The notes beneath the pieces are model-generated. The model saw only the letters and a list, made by a program, of their open reading frames with translations. It was not told where the DNA came from and did not search any database. From Octopus bimaculoides (Eukaryota): a stretch of DNA of 64,000 nucleotides. Within the stretch, counting starts at the first letter, position 1, and every line of letters begins with the position of its first letter. A program made the translations under genes and the position numbers. Positions 11,201 through 22,619 of this stretch are shown piece by piece. Where the stretch lies: the NCBI RefSeq assembly GCF_001194135.2, contig NC_068984.1, positions 43,052,185-43,116,184 of the forward strand, written 5' to 3'.

Positions 11201-12812
11201 AACGGCTCTGTGAATACGGTTGTCTTACTTTGTGAAAATTGTCTCGGTAAATAATTGTGATTTTTGTGGAATTATTACGGTTACGTTTCACGTGAGCTGC
11301 TGCATTTTTCCCAGCTATGGCAAATAGTAGTGTCTTCAGTATGGAGAGCTACGCCAAGGCCACTGCGGTGAGGAAGCCAGTGCCGCTAGAAACCAAGTTA
11401 ATCAAGTTGGATATGGAGGAGGTGACCAGAAGCAGGAATTTGATAGAAGTTGAGGGATACTCATACAAATTGTGTCCCCCAAAAGAGACTAAAGAAAACA
11501 AAACGCTGAGGACAGTAGTGTATCGTACACAGGCTGTCGAAACCTGTAAAATTGAAATGGTGACAGAAGAGGAAATCGAGGAGTGCCTGGGTGAAATTGT
11601 CAATGAAGCTACGTACATCAACAGAGGAAGAAAGTTCGGTACGGTTGAGGTGAGGTTTGCCACTATAGAAGAGGCAACCAAGCATGCGACCAACATTTTA
11701 AGAAGTGAAAAAATAGCATTACTACCAAGTTATAGAGGAAGAAGAAGTGTGAAAATACGTATTCCCAGCGTTACACCAGAAATTAAACCAGAGTGGTTGG
11801 TTGCAACAGTGCTGGCTGCAACCAAGGAGGTGCTGGAATTGGGACCTGTGGCGAAATCAAAAGTGTGCAAATGGTGGGGATTTGGACTCGAAATGTGGCT
11901 TTTTGCCACATTCGAGGACATAGAAAGAATTCCCTACCAGATAGAAGTGGAGGATGAGAGAACATTAAATGTAGTCGAGGGAAGGAAACCAAATTGCTAC
12001 ATATGCGGGGAAAGAGGTCATATGAAGACCAAATTCCCCCTATATGAGTTCACACAGCCACAGCAAGAGAAAGCACAAGCAGAGGAGGAAAACATTGTAG
12101 ACCACACTGAGGAAATGAAAGAGAGACAGAAGTGTGAAACAGAAAACAAAGGAGAAGAACGAAAATGGAGCTACTAACCCTAAAAAGCGAAGGAAAAATA
12201 AGTCAAAGGAACGGTCAACATAAAACAGATAGAAAAGCCAGAAACTAATAATGTACAAGAAGAGGAGGAGAGAACGGAGAAAGATGTGAAATACAAGGGG
12301 CTTTTGATAAAGTACGAGAATTGCGAGCAGATTGAGAGAAAAGTCGAGAAGTTGGAGGAAACAATAACAGTGAAAATGCCAGAGAAATGTGCTGAGAAAT
12401 GCATTTTGATACAAGAGGGAAACTTCTGGGAGTACATAAAAGAACTTGGTGAAAAGTTAATAACGAAACGGGTATGGTTGGTGGAGACACCACCCCTAGA
12501 ACATTATTTGCAGTTGTTAAGGACGGAAGTAACAATGATTGATGGAAGAAAGGTAACGCGGTTGTTTGAATTTTTTGAGTTACAAAACCGTTAAAATGTT
12601 TACATGACATTGAACGTAAAAGTGTAAAACTGGATAAATGTAACTACCCGACTTTGGGGATCGAGTGGAGATTGCGCCTCATTTTTTTCATTCTTGCATA
12701 TTATCATTTTATTTTAATTACCCCGATTTTATGTTTGCGTTTTGTACTGTCTTTATGTTTTGTGATGTCTTAAAAAATTCTTTGTATAGTCCTTTATGGA
12801 TAATAATGAAAT
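11201..12812 (+). mobile_element. ORF1-only non-LTR retroelement (Tx1/L1-type, HAL1-like), TSD CGGTAT
   Basis: CGGTAT at 11195-11200 and 12813-12818; 116-nt leader; gag-like ORF1 11317..12594; ~220-nt T-rich trailer ending ggataataatgaaat; no endonuclease or RT inside. Confidence 0.75.
11317..12594 (+). pseudogene. Disrupted gag-like ORF1 with a degenerate CCHC zinc knuckle
   Basis: ORFs 11317..12177 and 12286..12594 are in the same frame, separated by a short shifted segment (...PKKRRKNKSKERS). Knuckle CYICGERGHMKTKF has its last Cys as TTC at 12034. RGRKFGTVEV motif is shared with the copy at 19.5 kb. Confidence 0.75.
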
Positions 12813-14019
12813 CGGTATTGCGCCCGTCGCCACGTTCTGAGTTCAAATTCCGCCGAAGTCGACTTCACTTTTCATCCTTTCGGAGTTGATAAAATAAGTA
12901 CCAGTTGAACACTGGGGTCGATGTAATCGACTCATCCTCTCCCCCAAAACTACTGTCCTTGTGGCAAAATTTGAAACCATTATTATTATTATCTTAAAAA
13001 GTACCATTGAATGTTGGTTACGATGCGACTATTTTAGCAAAATTCAGTATTGCTATGTTTTACGCTTTGACCTTAAGACCCAGAGTGACACATAAGCAGT
13101 GAATATGAAAAAGAATCAGTAAAGTTAATGTCATTATGGTAAAAGGAAGTAAGCACCAAAATGAACATCAAAGACATCTAATGTTAAAAAATAATTTCAT
13201 TAATTTGTGTAATTAATTTTCCAATGTATTCTGATTCAGTGCATCGGAAAAGATCTTAAATTGTTTCATTTAATAAGGGGTGATAAATTTAGCGAACTCC
13301 AAAAACATTACTATTACATCACAGAAGTATTTTAGCTGTTTAAAAACACATACAAAACTGCAGTATTCACTTCCGTTTATTTCTTAGTAGTACAGTCTAA
13401 CACAAAGTATCAGAAAGTTTCGTCGCACTTTGTAATAGCTAATACTATTGAGAAATAAACGAAAAGTGATTATAATAGATTCTGTATGTCTTTAAATAGC
13501 AAAAATTGCATCTCTTACTATGTAATTGTTTCAATTGCAACACTAAGTCCCTTACCAAACGGATAAAATTCAAAAATATGTTATTTCTAAATAGGAACAG
13601 CATTTTACATCATCAAATCAGTTTCCAGAATTTCTTTCAGGCAAAAAATATTTTGATTATTTTCTTTCTTATACAAGTTCCAAATATTGGATTAAAGCAT
13701 TAGTGTAAGGGGGAATAACTCAGTCGGATATGAATAACGCTTTGTATTTTGTTTTAATATATCATTTTCACACACTTTCCGTCGTCCAAATTTCATTCAC
13801 AAGGTATTGGGCGACTCAATTCTAAGGAAGAAGCTACTTGTCCGAAGTACTGCTCAGCTGGATTGAGCACAAAACAAGTCGGTGGCAAGACGAAGTTCTT
13901 ATCACACTAGTAAGCCTTACAAATCGTTTTGAGCTGAATACCATATAAAATTTTAAATTCTTTATTATTTATAAATGAACAGACCTGCTCTCTTTCAACG
14001 TATTTAAAAAATAGAACAA

Positions 14020-14055
<36 letters not shown>

Positions 14056-14147
14056 NNNNNNNNNNNNNNNNNNNTATACAGAGAGAGAGAGAGAGAAAGA
14101 AAAGGAGGCAGTCAGAATTTTGATAATTCTTTTATTATTAACAAAGG

Positions 14148-15900
14148 TAGGCGCTTGAACAGCTGAGTCAAGTGTTGGAGGTGCTGGTCTGGAGTACCAA
14201 TGGCGATTAAAAGGTCAGCGACGTACGCGAAGACAAAATCTACCTCATGAACGTGCTGGCCGCAAACGACATAAACAAGAATTCAAACGCTCCAAAAGGC
14301 GTGGTCACAGCTGTCTTTGATATGTCGTCGGGGTTGACGGGGATTTGATGGTACGCGCGTACCAAATCGATCTTAGAAAAAATCTTACAGCCGTGCAGGG
14401 TAGACGTAAAATCCCGGACATTAGGGAGGGGATAGCGATCTGCAACAGTGACAGCGTTAAAACGCCTAAAATCTCCCACCGGTCGGAAATCAGGGTCATT
14501 CTTCCTGACCATATATAGGGGCGTTGCCCACGGGCTCCTGGAGTGACGAATGAGGCCCAGTTGGAGCATGTGCTCAAATTCAGCCCGGGTGATCCGGAGT
14601 TTCTCTGGAGACAAATGGCGCGGTCGGGAAAAGACTGGAGGTATCTTGGTCGTAGTGAAATGTCTCATAGAATGGGCTGGATTCGACGGATGAAATGAAA
14701 AATTGGTCAGCTCTGGAAACGAAGCGAGTAACTGTTGGTAGGAGTCACCAGAAGTGGCCAGGAAGAAAGAAGAGCTCACAATGGGGGAAGAAGAATCCTT
14801 TCCAGGGACAGCGAGTGAAGTGGTGTCATCAATGAGTCGCGTCCCCTAACGTCCACAATGAGAGAATAGTGGTGTAAGAAATCAACACCAAGAATAGGAT
14901 GGGGCAGGTCTGCAATGACAAAGAGCCACTTGAAATCCCTACGGAAAGACAAATCCAGGGTGAGGGATATTTGACCATTGGTCTTGATGGCGGAGTGATT
15001 CACCACGTAGTGATATCCGTGAGAGCAGTATTGGTGGAGGTAAACCGTCGAGGCTAAATACTTAAACTGGCACCCGTATCCACCATAAAGGACTTTAAAG
15101 AATTGGCATCTCTGATAAGGAACGCACGATAGGGTGAATCGATGGGGGAGATGACTGACGTGCCCAGTGTCTCCTTGCCTAGTTTCCAAGAGAAGAGTAG
15201 GAGCAGGGCTGTGTACATTTCTCGGCCTGGTCCTTGAACCTCCCGTGGTACCAGCAAACTGAGGGAGCAGGAAGTGCGCGTGTGCGCGAGAAGGGGCAGC
15301 GCCTGTTCCTTCCTGACGGGTCAGTTCTTCGATAGCTCGAAGATTTCAGAGGATTGCATGTCAACCGGAGCAGAAGAAGTGGAATCTCGAGAGGAAGATG
15401 AGGAAGCGACAAGGTTATCTTCAGAGGACGGTGAGTCAGAATATTCCATAATCCTGTCTGCGGAGGCGGCGAGTTGTTCAAGGGCCGTGTGTTCCATCAT
15501 AGAAGCTAAAATCAACTGTATATTAGAAGGCATCCTCGAGAAAAATAGTTGTTTGACAAATGCCTGTCCCTCATATGAGCTATCGGACAACTCTCGGATT
15601 CGTCGTAAAAAGTTGGTAGGGGTTCGGTCCCCGAGATGCTCACCCTGTAAGAGTGTGAGAAATTTATTCTCAGCCGAGGTAGAGTTACGCCGGAGAACCT
15701 CGGCTTTGAAGGCTTCATAAGTCATATCCGGTGGGGTTCTTGTTATCATATCTCGCACTGAAAGTGCAAGCGGAGAAGGAATGCCAGTGAGAGCGATGTG
15801 GAGTTTGCTCTGTGCTGACTGAATGCTAGAAGAACGATTCCAGTTGTGAAAACTACATCTTAGCATCTCCGTGATATTGAGGCGGAGGAAAATGACTCAT
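14148..15900 (-). mobile_element. Truncated Ty3/gypsy gag-protease-RT relic
   Basis: Gag-like 15321..15866 (EHLGDRTPTNFLRRIREL, KQLFFSRMP), protease VDTGA (~15065), RT SPWATPLYMVRK...DFRRFN...DRYPLP...FSKIDLVRAYHQIP...KTAVTTPFG. YxDD reads YVAD at 14214-14225. Frameshifts; no RNase H, integrase or LTRs seen. Confidence 0.92.
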
Positions 15901-16129
15901 CTTAGACGATAGTAGGAAAACGGAACGGCACGAAGAACAACTGAAGGAACGCCATTAGAAATAGCAGTCAAAATACCCTAGTTGAAAGAAGACACGACGA
16001 GCAGCGAACTAGGAATTTTTTTTTTTTTTTTTTTTTTTTTTTTCAATAGCAGAGGATGAAAATAGAAGAAATCCTTGCTAGTTGATAAGGAACAAATTAT
16101 AGCTCTACTTCCTGAGTCGAACGTTCTTA

Positions 16130-17095
16130 GGAAGAGATCACCCAGTTGATTCTCATTAAAAGACGCCCTGACAAGGCCGTCACTCTTTCCACCACTAGTC
16201 CTTTATAGAATATCAGAATGGAAAATCCAACGACCGCATTGTCCAACTTGTAGAGGGCTGTGAACGCCTGACAGCATTTCAGATGCCAGTCACCCAGTCT
16301 TAGTCTCAACTTGACCCCAAACTGCAGCTCTGTCAAAGAGACAAGCTGAGAGAAGATGTGCCTAACTAAAAAGCACACCTACTCTCCGTCAAGGAATCAA
16401 AAAATATCAGCAGCCACGGTATACGAAGCCCTCTGTGCTGGGGATGTTCACACTAGATAGACCTCCTCACTAATGGAACGGGTCCCTTCAACAGGAACCA
16501 AAGGAACAAACTCTCGAGTTTGTTCAAGTAAAAGCTAGAGCAAGGCACGTCAGACGGGCAGTAATATATAATGAAGGTGATGTAAGCATTCGCCACCTCT
16601 GCTCGGCCTTTCAAGAAGGCCTGGGCCGAAACGAATCGCAACCGTCTACAGGATCATCCCCTCTAGGTCCCCACGACACTGTATGACGGTATGCACTTGC
16701 CTCTCTAGGTGCCGAACTGTAATCCACTGACAATCCTGGTTAATTTTTGTTCGTGTTGAATGGTATGGATTACCTCGACTTCTGTGGTGTTCGACATTAG
16801 GATGACATCGTCCGCATATGCTGACACAGCTCTTCTTTTCAGTTCAAACGGAATTCTCCTCAGCAACTCCAATTTTCGCAGTAGCTACTCGAGAGTTAGT
16901 ACATATAGAAAAGATGAGATAGGACACTTTTGATGGGATGAGCACGTGGTCTGAAACGGTTCCGATTGGTAGCCATTTACTCTGACCACAGAACAGATAC
17001 CGCTCTACAATGAAACGATACAGACCCTGAAGAGAGGATAGAAACCGGTTGGCTTGAGGATAGCTGCTATGTAGCGATGGTACTGATATGTGACA
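16130..17095 (-). mobile_element. Tx1/L1-clade ORF2 reverse transcriptase relic
   Basis: Minus strand: HRYIAAILKPTGFYP...SVVRVNGYQSEPF...CPISSFLYVLTLE*LLRKLE...AVSAYADDV (YADD at 16807-16818)...FLKGRAEVANAYI; several stops. Confidence 0.85.
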
Positions 17096-17295
17096 ACTAT
17101 TTCAAACATTGCCAGAGTGTTTACTAAAACTCCTTGAAATGCTATAAATGGTACAGAATCACATTAGCAAATGAACATTCGTATTTAAAATATTTCAAAC
17201 TAAAGATTCATTCTCAGAATTAAAACAATTCTATTTTTTTATTCTGAATACCTATTGACAAACTTTAAAATAATAAGTCACCAATATATATGTTG

Positions 17296-17480
17296 TGTTG
17301 GCACTCCGTCGCTTACGACGTCGAGGGTTCCAGTTGATCCGATCAACGGAACAGCCTACTCGTGAAATTAACGTGCAAGTGGCTGAGCACTCCACAGACA
17401 CGTGTACCCTTGACGTAGTTCTCGGGGATATTCAGCGGGACACAGTGTGACAAGGCTGACCCTTTGAATTACAGGCACAA
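17296..17480. mobile_element. Interspersed repeat (octopus SINE-like); diverged second copy at ~43590-43830
   Basis: gagggttccagttgatccgatcaacggaacagcc...gtggctgagcactccacagacacgtgtaccctt recurs degenerately in DHTKD1 intron 7. Confidence 0.65.
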
Positions 17481-18934
17481 ACCAATATATATATATCAAA
17501 TTTAAAACAGTGAAAGTCAGTGACGTTGAAATCTAAGATTTTTTTTAATGAATCAGTCCCTGAAATGTTAGCCGAATAATATACTTGTTTTAATTTAGCT
17601 TTGTCTGTGACTGAGAAATTAATATTGCTTTATGACTATTAAAGATTCTGCGTATTTTGTAAGTACCATTAAATATANNNNNNNNNNNNNNNNNNNNNNN
17701 NNNNNNNNNNNNNNNNNNNNNNNNNNNNNNNNNNNNNNNNNNNNNNNNTATATATATATATATATTTGTCACGATTGTGGCAATATTGAAAAAAATAACT
17801 TGGGTGGGATTGAATCGAGATAGTTTTTTCCATTATACACTTCTTAAACTGGAGAAACAGCTGGGTGTTATAGATAACATGCTTTCCAGATGGTATTTAG
17901 AATTACATTACTCACTGAATATTTTATTCATGAAGAGACGTTTTCAAAGATAAAATAGAATAAACAGTAATAAAGCTTAAATTCAGTATTTCCTGAATAC
18001 AATACTTTTATGAATATATACTTAAAATAATTGCTTTAAAAAAGGTTATGGCGTTATCAATATTATGTACAAACTGTCCAAAATGATTTCCTCCCCAATG
18101 AAAAGTTAGATAAAGGTTTCTCAGTCTGGGTAAAACTAATTCCTCCACTTCTACTATACTTTCCAAATCTTTGAAACTAAATAATTCCGTGGAGAATTGT
18201 AGGAGGGCTTATCAAACTAACCGTGAAATTGTGTTCGATAGTGTAAAACATGAGGTCAGAGGACGAGTTCAGTATACACTGCCGTAAACTCAGACATACA
18301 CTCAGTTACATAAAATATTGACTTCAAATTTTAGCTCAAGGCCAGCAACTTCGAGGGAGGGATTAATTCAATTACATAGACCCCAGTGCTCATCCGGTAC
18401 TTATTTTATCATCCCCGGAAGGCTGAAAGGCAACATCGACCTCAGCGGAATTTGAACTCAGAACGTAAAGACGAACGAAGCTACATGAAATATTAGAGGG
18501 ATCAAAGTGATGATTTAGAAAAACCAAGACAATAAATAAAACATCGTAACAGCGAACTACGAATATCATAACTGCGTGGTTAAAAAATTTGCTTCGCAGC
18601 TTTAGGTTTCAAGTTCGATCCTTCTGCACAGTACCTTTGGCAATTGCGTCCTACCATAACATCAGATCAATGAAATCTGCAAGACAGGAACAGAATGGAA
18701 CTTTGTCAGAAGGATCGTTCCTATTCTGGGTGTTGGACAATCAGTCTCTCGGTTTAACGCATTTTGTTCCTTGGAGCCTTTAAAGGTATTAACTCTGTTG
18801 AAGGCTTTCGACCAGATCATTGGTCTGAATATAACTGTCTCATTTCCATCTATGATTCTCGAAGATCGAGATTAAAAGAGTCAGAGGTGCTGCCAGTTTA
18901 CCTCTGAATAAGTCAATGGGTAAAAAAAAAAACA

Positions 18935-19900
18935 TCAGTCAGTTCCAAATACAAGTACTACCTGAACAGTAATGTGGGGTAGGAGTTCTGTATTTATTTT
19001 ACCTGGTTTCCTCCTTTTTATTTTCTTTTTCTTACCTGATATCACCCATCCGCCTTCCGTTCCGCTTTCCTCTTCTTCTGTTTCTGGTGGTGGTGTTACT
19101 TCTTTCTTTTCTCTTGTCAGTTCTTCCTTTCTCTTTTTGTCTTGTAGAGGGCAGTTTGCTCTAACGTGGCCTTTCTGGCCACACTTGTAGCATTTGGGAA
19201 TCCTGCCCTCTACTCTAACTACCATTATTACACCGTCAAATGCTATTGTTTCCTGCAACTCTTCTTTTATTTCCTTCGGTCCTTGTATCATCATGTTTAG
19301 GAATTGCCCTTTCCAGTTTCTTGTTTCCGTCTTAGTGGCCTGGAGAACCGCAATCTCTCCCTCGTGCCAAACGACTGCTATCCAGGCCACGTCGACGTCT
19401 GGGGCGGGGGGATTCCCTCTACGTTGACCTTTGTGGTACGCCTTCCACGATATATCGGCAACATCACCACTTCATCAGTTTTTAAGATTATTGCCGCGTT
19501 CAAATTTGCTACGGTTGCATCCTTAAATTGAACTTCAACTGTTCCAAATTTTCTCCCTCTAGTTGGATATTTGATTTCCTTCTAGACGGGCCTTACAGTT
19601 TTCTCTACTTGATTCGTCGTCATTTCGTTGATTCTTCCTGCGTCCACTGAGTGTGTCTCGTATACCACCGTATATTCCATTCTATTAATAATAAAATCCA
19701 TTGGGGTTGCCACTTCCACATTAGTTCCTTTCCTTTTCATCATTTTTGAATAGTCCTTCCACTCGTTCCTTTCCATATTGTACTCCGATATTTTTGCCAC
19801 CTCTGCGAAGCTTCTATCTAGCCTTGCTTTTTTTTCTCTTTCTTAATGTTCCATGGAATGTCCGACTGCTCAGAATCGGATACCTCCGTGTAGCTGCTAA
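18935..19900 (-). mobile_element. Second Tx1-type gag-like ORF1 relic with an intact CCHC knuckle
   Basis: RGRKFGTVEVQF...MLPIYRGRRTTKV...VEGRIPKCYKCGQKGHVRANCP; clearly homologous to 11317..12177; stops and frameshifts. Confidence 0.8.
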
Positions 19901-20055
19901 CTGAACATCTGATATCTTCCATTTTTGTACCTGGCCTACCCTACTCTATGAGGAGGGAAAGTACAACCAGACTGCCATAAGGCAGCAAAAACCAAAGTGT
20001 TCAGTGAACATTACAACAATTCGAGCTCTTCAGTCATTCTTTCTTTGAAAACCCG

Positions 20056-22281
20056 TGTAGTGAAACTACCTATCGCCATTAGATACAAAACTACTATCGC
20101 CATTACATACAATCTTCTCATTTAAATATAAACAAGCGCGGGCGTAACGGAGAACCCATCTCCTTGTCATCACGTGACTGATTAATATTCGAAGCGGCAA
20201 CTTCTTCGAACCGTTCCCGCCAGAACGCAAACTGACCAATCGCAGCCCTTAATAAGGTCACGTGATAGAGTATTTTTCTGATGTCTGGTGAGCCGATAAT
20301 TCGCTATAAATAGACTGACATTATACCCAGCAAATTTGTCTCGGTTCAGTTCTCTTTGAGATCTGTTCCGTGTACCACACGACAGCAGCAGCAACAATCA
20401 GCCAGCGACCACNNNNNNNNNNCCACGATACACAAACAGACAAGAGATTTCAGCCAGCGACGAACGACGAACATCTGTATAACAAGAATCACGGTCCGGC
20501 ATGGAAGCCACAACATCACAACTAGTGATAAGCTCTGCCACACACAGCCTCAACTCCTTTCACATACACACTCTTCCAATTGTGTACTCAAGAACTGGTA
20601 TAAATGCTCACGTGTACTGACTTTCTATCTGCTGTAATAACTCACATACACATACATGTATCACTCACATACACACTTTTCTTTGTATGACGGCCTGTCT
20701 TTTATTATGTTCTTATATGTCGCATTCACACTCTCACATACACATACGTCTTTAACGCTACAATAAATATTTCTGTTATTCATCTTATACGGTTGTGTTT
20801 ATCATCTTTTATCGTCTCATTGCTGGCTATTTATGTTATCGTAGTATAACATATTTTGTATATCATATTTGATATATATTTTGTGTTCGACCGTGTGACA
20901 CGTTTAAATAAAAGGAGTCCTCTGTTTTTCCATTCGTCACCATTTCTCCTTTTTGAGTTCGCACGGTCGTTCTTACAATTGGTGACCCCGACGTGATTCG
21001 TTCATACAGCCCTTCTGATCTGTACAGCCTATGTGATCCTGTTCACACAGTTTCACTTTAAAATGGTGACTAAATGCCAGTAATAGACCAACCGTTCTAT
21101 CAGTCTTTTTCACTACAGCAATTTTTTTTATTTCGTCTGTTTGCCTTCGACAAACCGACTGGTGCGAGGCTAGTGTAGTGAAACTACCTATCGCCATTAG
21201 ATACAATACTGCTATCGCCATTCTTCTCATTTAAATATAAACAAGCACGGGCGTAGCGGAGAACCTATCTCCTTGTCATCACGTGACTGATCAATATTCG
21301 AAGCGGCAACTTCTTCGAACCGTTCCCGCCAGAACGCAAACTGACCAATCACAGCCCTTAATAAGGTCACGTGATAGTGTTTTTCTACTACCGTCTTGGA
21401 GCCCCTTAACGCTTTAAATAGAGCAACTCATACCCAGCAAATTTGTCTCGGTTCAGTTTCTCTTTGAGATCTGTTCCGTGTACCACACCACAACAGCAGC
21501 AGCGGCAGCGGCAGCCAGCGACACATCAACAGCTTCGTCCAACGATGACCACCACCGCCGTCGCCACATCAGCAACACGAGTCTACGACTACTAACCAGC
21601 ATCATCGTCATGACCAACACGATTCTACGATTACTACTAACCAGCATCAATCTCCACCAGCGTCTACACGACTTTCTATGTACACCAAACTAAACCACCG
21701 CGGCACATCTCTCTCTTCGATTCTGTTAGGTGACTTAGCTTCACCACGATAATAAACAGACAAGAGATTTCAGCCAGCGACGAACATCTGTATAACAAGA
21801 ATCACGGCCCTGGCATCGAAGCCAAAACACAACTAGTGATAAGCTCTGCCACACTCAGCCAACTCACTTTCACATACAGAACTTTTCCTATAGTGTACTA
21901 ACGATCTGGTATAATTGCTCACGTGTTATTGACTCTCTTTCTATCTGCTGTAAACACTCATACACACATGTATCACTCACATACACACTTTTCTTTGTAC
22001 AACGGCCTGTCTTTTATGTTCTTATATGTCGCATCCACACTCACACACAGACATACACTTTAACGCCATAATAAATATCTCTGTTATTCATCATCTTATA
22101 CGGTTGTCTTTTCTATCGTCTCATTACTGGCTATTTATGTTATCGTAGTATAACATATTTGTATATCATCTTTGATGTATTATTTTGTGTTCGACCGTGT
22201 GACGCGTTTAAATAAAAGGAGTCCTCTGTTTTTCCATTCGTCACCATTTCTCCTTTTTGAGTTCGCACGGTCGTTCCTACA
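20056..22281 (+). mobile_element. Non-coding LTR element (TRIM/LARD-like): LTR-PBS-196-bp internal region-LTR, TSD CCCG
   Basis: LTR1 20056..20977 and LTR2 21174..22281, both TGTAG...TACA; CCCG at 20052-55 and 22282-85; PBS at 20980-21000; degenerate PPT ggtgcgaggctag before LTR2. Confidence 0.9.
20980..21000 (+). promoter_or_regulatory. Primer-binding site complementary to the tRNA-Trp(CCA) 3' end
   Basis: TGGTGACCCCGACGTGATTCG is the reverse complement of ...CGAATCACGTCGGGGTCA-CCA (metazoan tRNA-Trp end, from memory); it sits 2 nt after the LTR end. Confidence 0.8.
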
Positions 22282-22285
22282 CCCG

Positions 22286-22440
22286 TCATAAAGAAGGGTT
22301 TACCAATTACAGACCTACCGTCCTCACCTCTAATATCTCGAAAGTTGATGGAAACATTCGGTAACAATCGTCTTCGACAACTCCTTTCTATTCTACTAAC
22401 CATTATTCCCTGTTCTATCATCCAAGAATATCGACACACT
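22286..22440 (+). mobile_element. LINE RT fragment (CR1/Jockey-like), apparent target of the LTR insertion
   Basis: ...TNYRPTVLTSNISKV(fs)MET... resembles NYRPIALTSxxSKVME. Confidence 0.45.
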
Positions 22441-22619
22441 AGAATCCTCTTCTTGCCAAGGTTTTCCTGCTGACGTCGACTTGCAAATGTTCAAGCCTAA
22501 TATAAAGCGCAGAAATCTTAGTAGTTTTGGTAGGGTGTATAGGAATCTTGCAGGCGTGAAGTGGATTCGATCCACTATGCCACAAATTTGAATTAACACT
22601 GCGTCAGAACTTTTCCCGC

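Larger units (their letters stand above)
11148..12992 (+). mobile_element. tRNA-derived cephalopod-type SINE split by an insertion (head 11148-11200, body 12813-12992)
   Basis: Head ggcggcgagctggcagaatcgttagcacaccgg; body cgttctgagttcaaattccgccgaagtcgac...gggtcgatgtaatcgac with a (TTA)n tail. The same body is seen inverted at ~10480-10545 and ~18335-18470. Confidence 0.75.

Noticed and set aside
15274-15720. 148-aa + strand ORF (also 11349-12610 minus-strand ORFs)
   Set aside because: Antisense shadows of retroelement coding sequence.
20346-21693. Poly-Ala/Gln/Cys ORFs
   Set aside because: Translations of (CAG)/(GCA) runs inside the LTRs.
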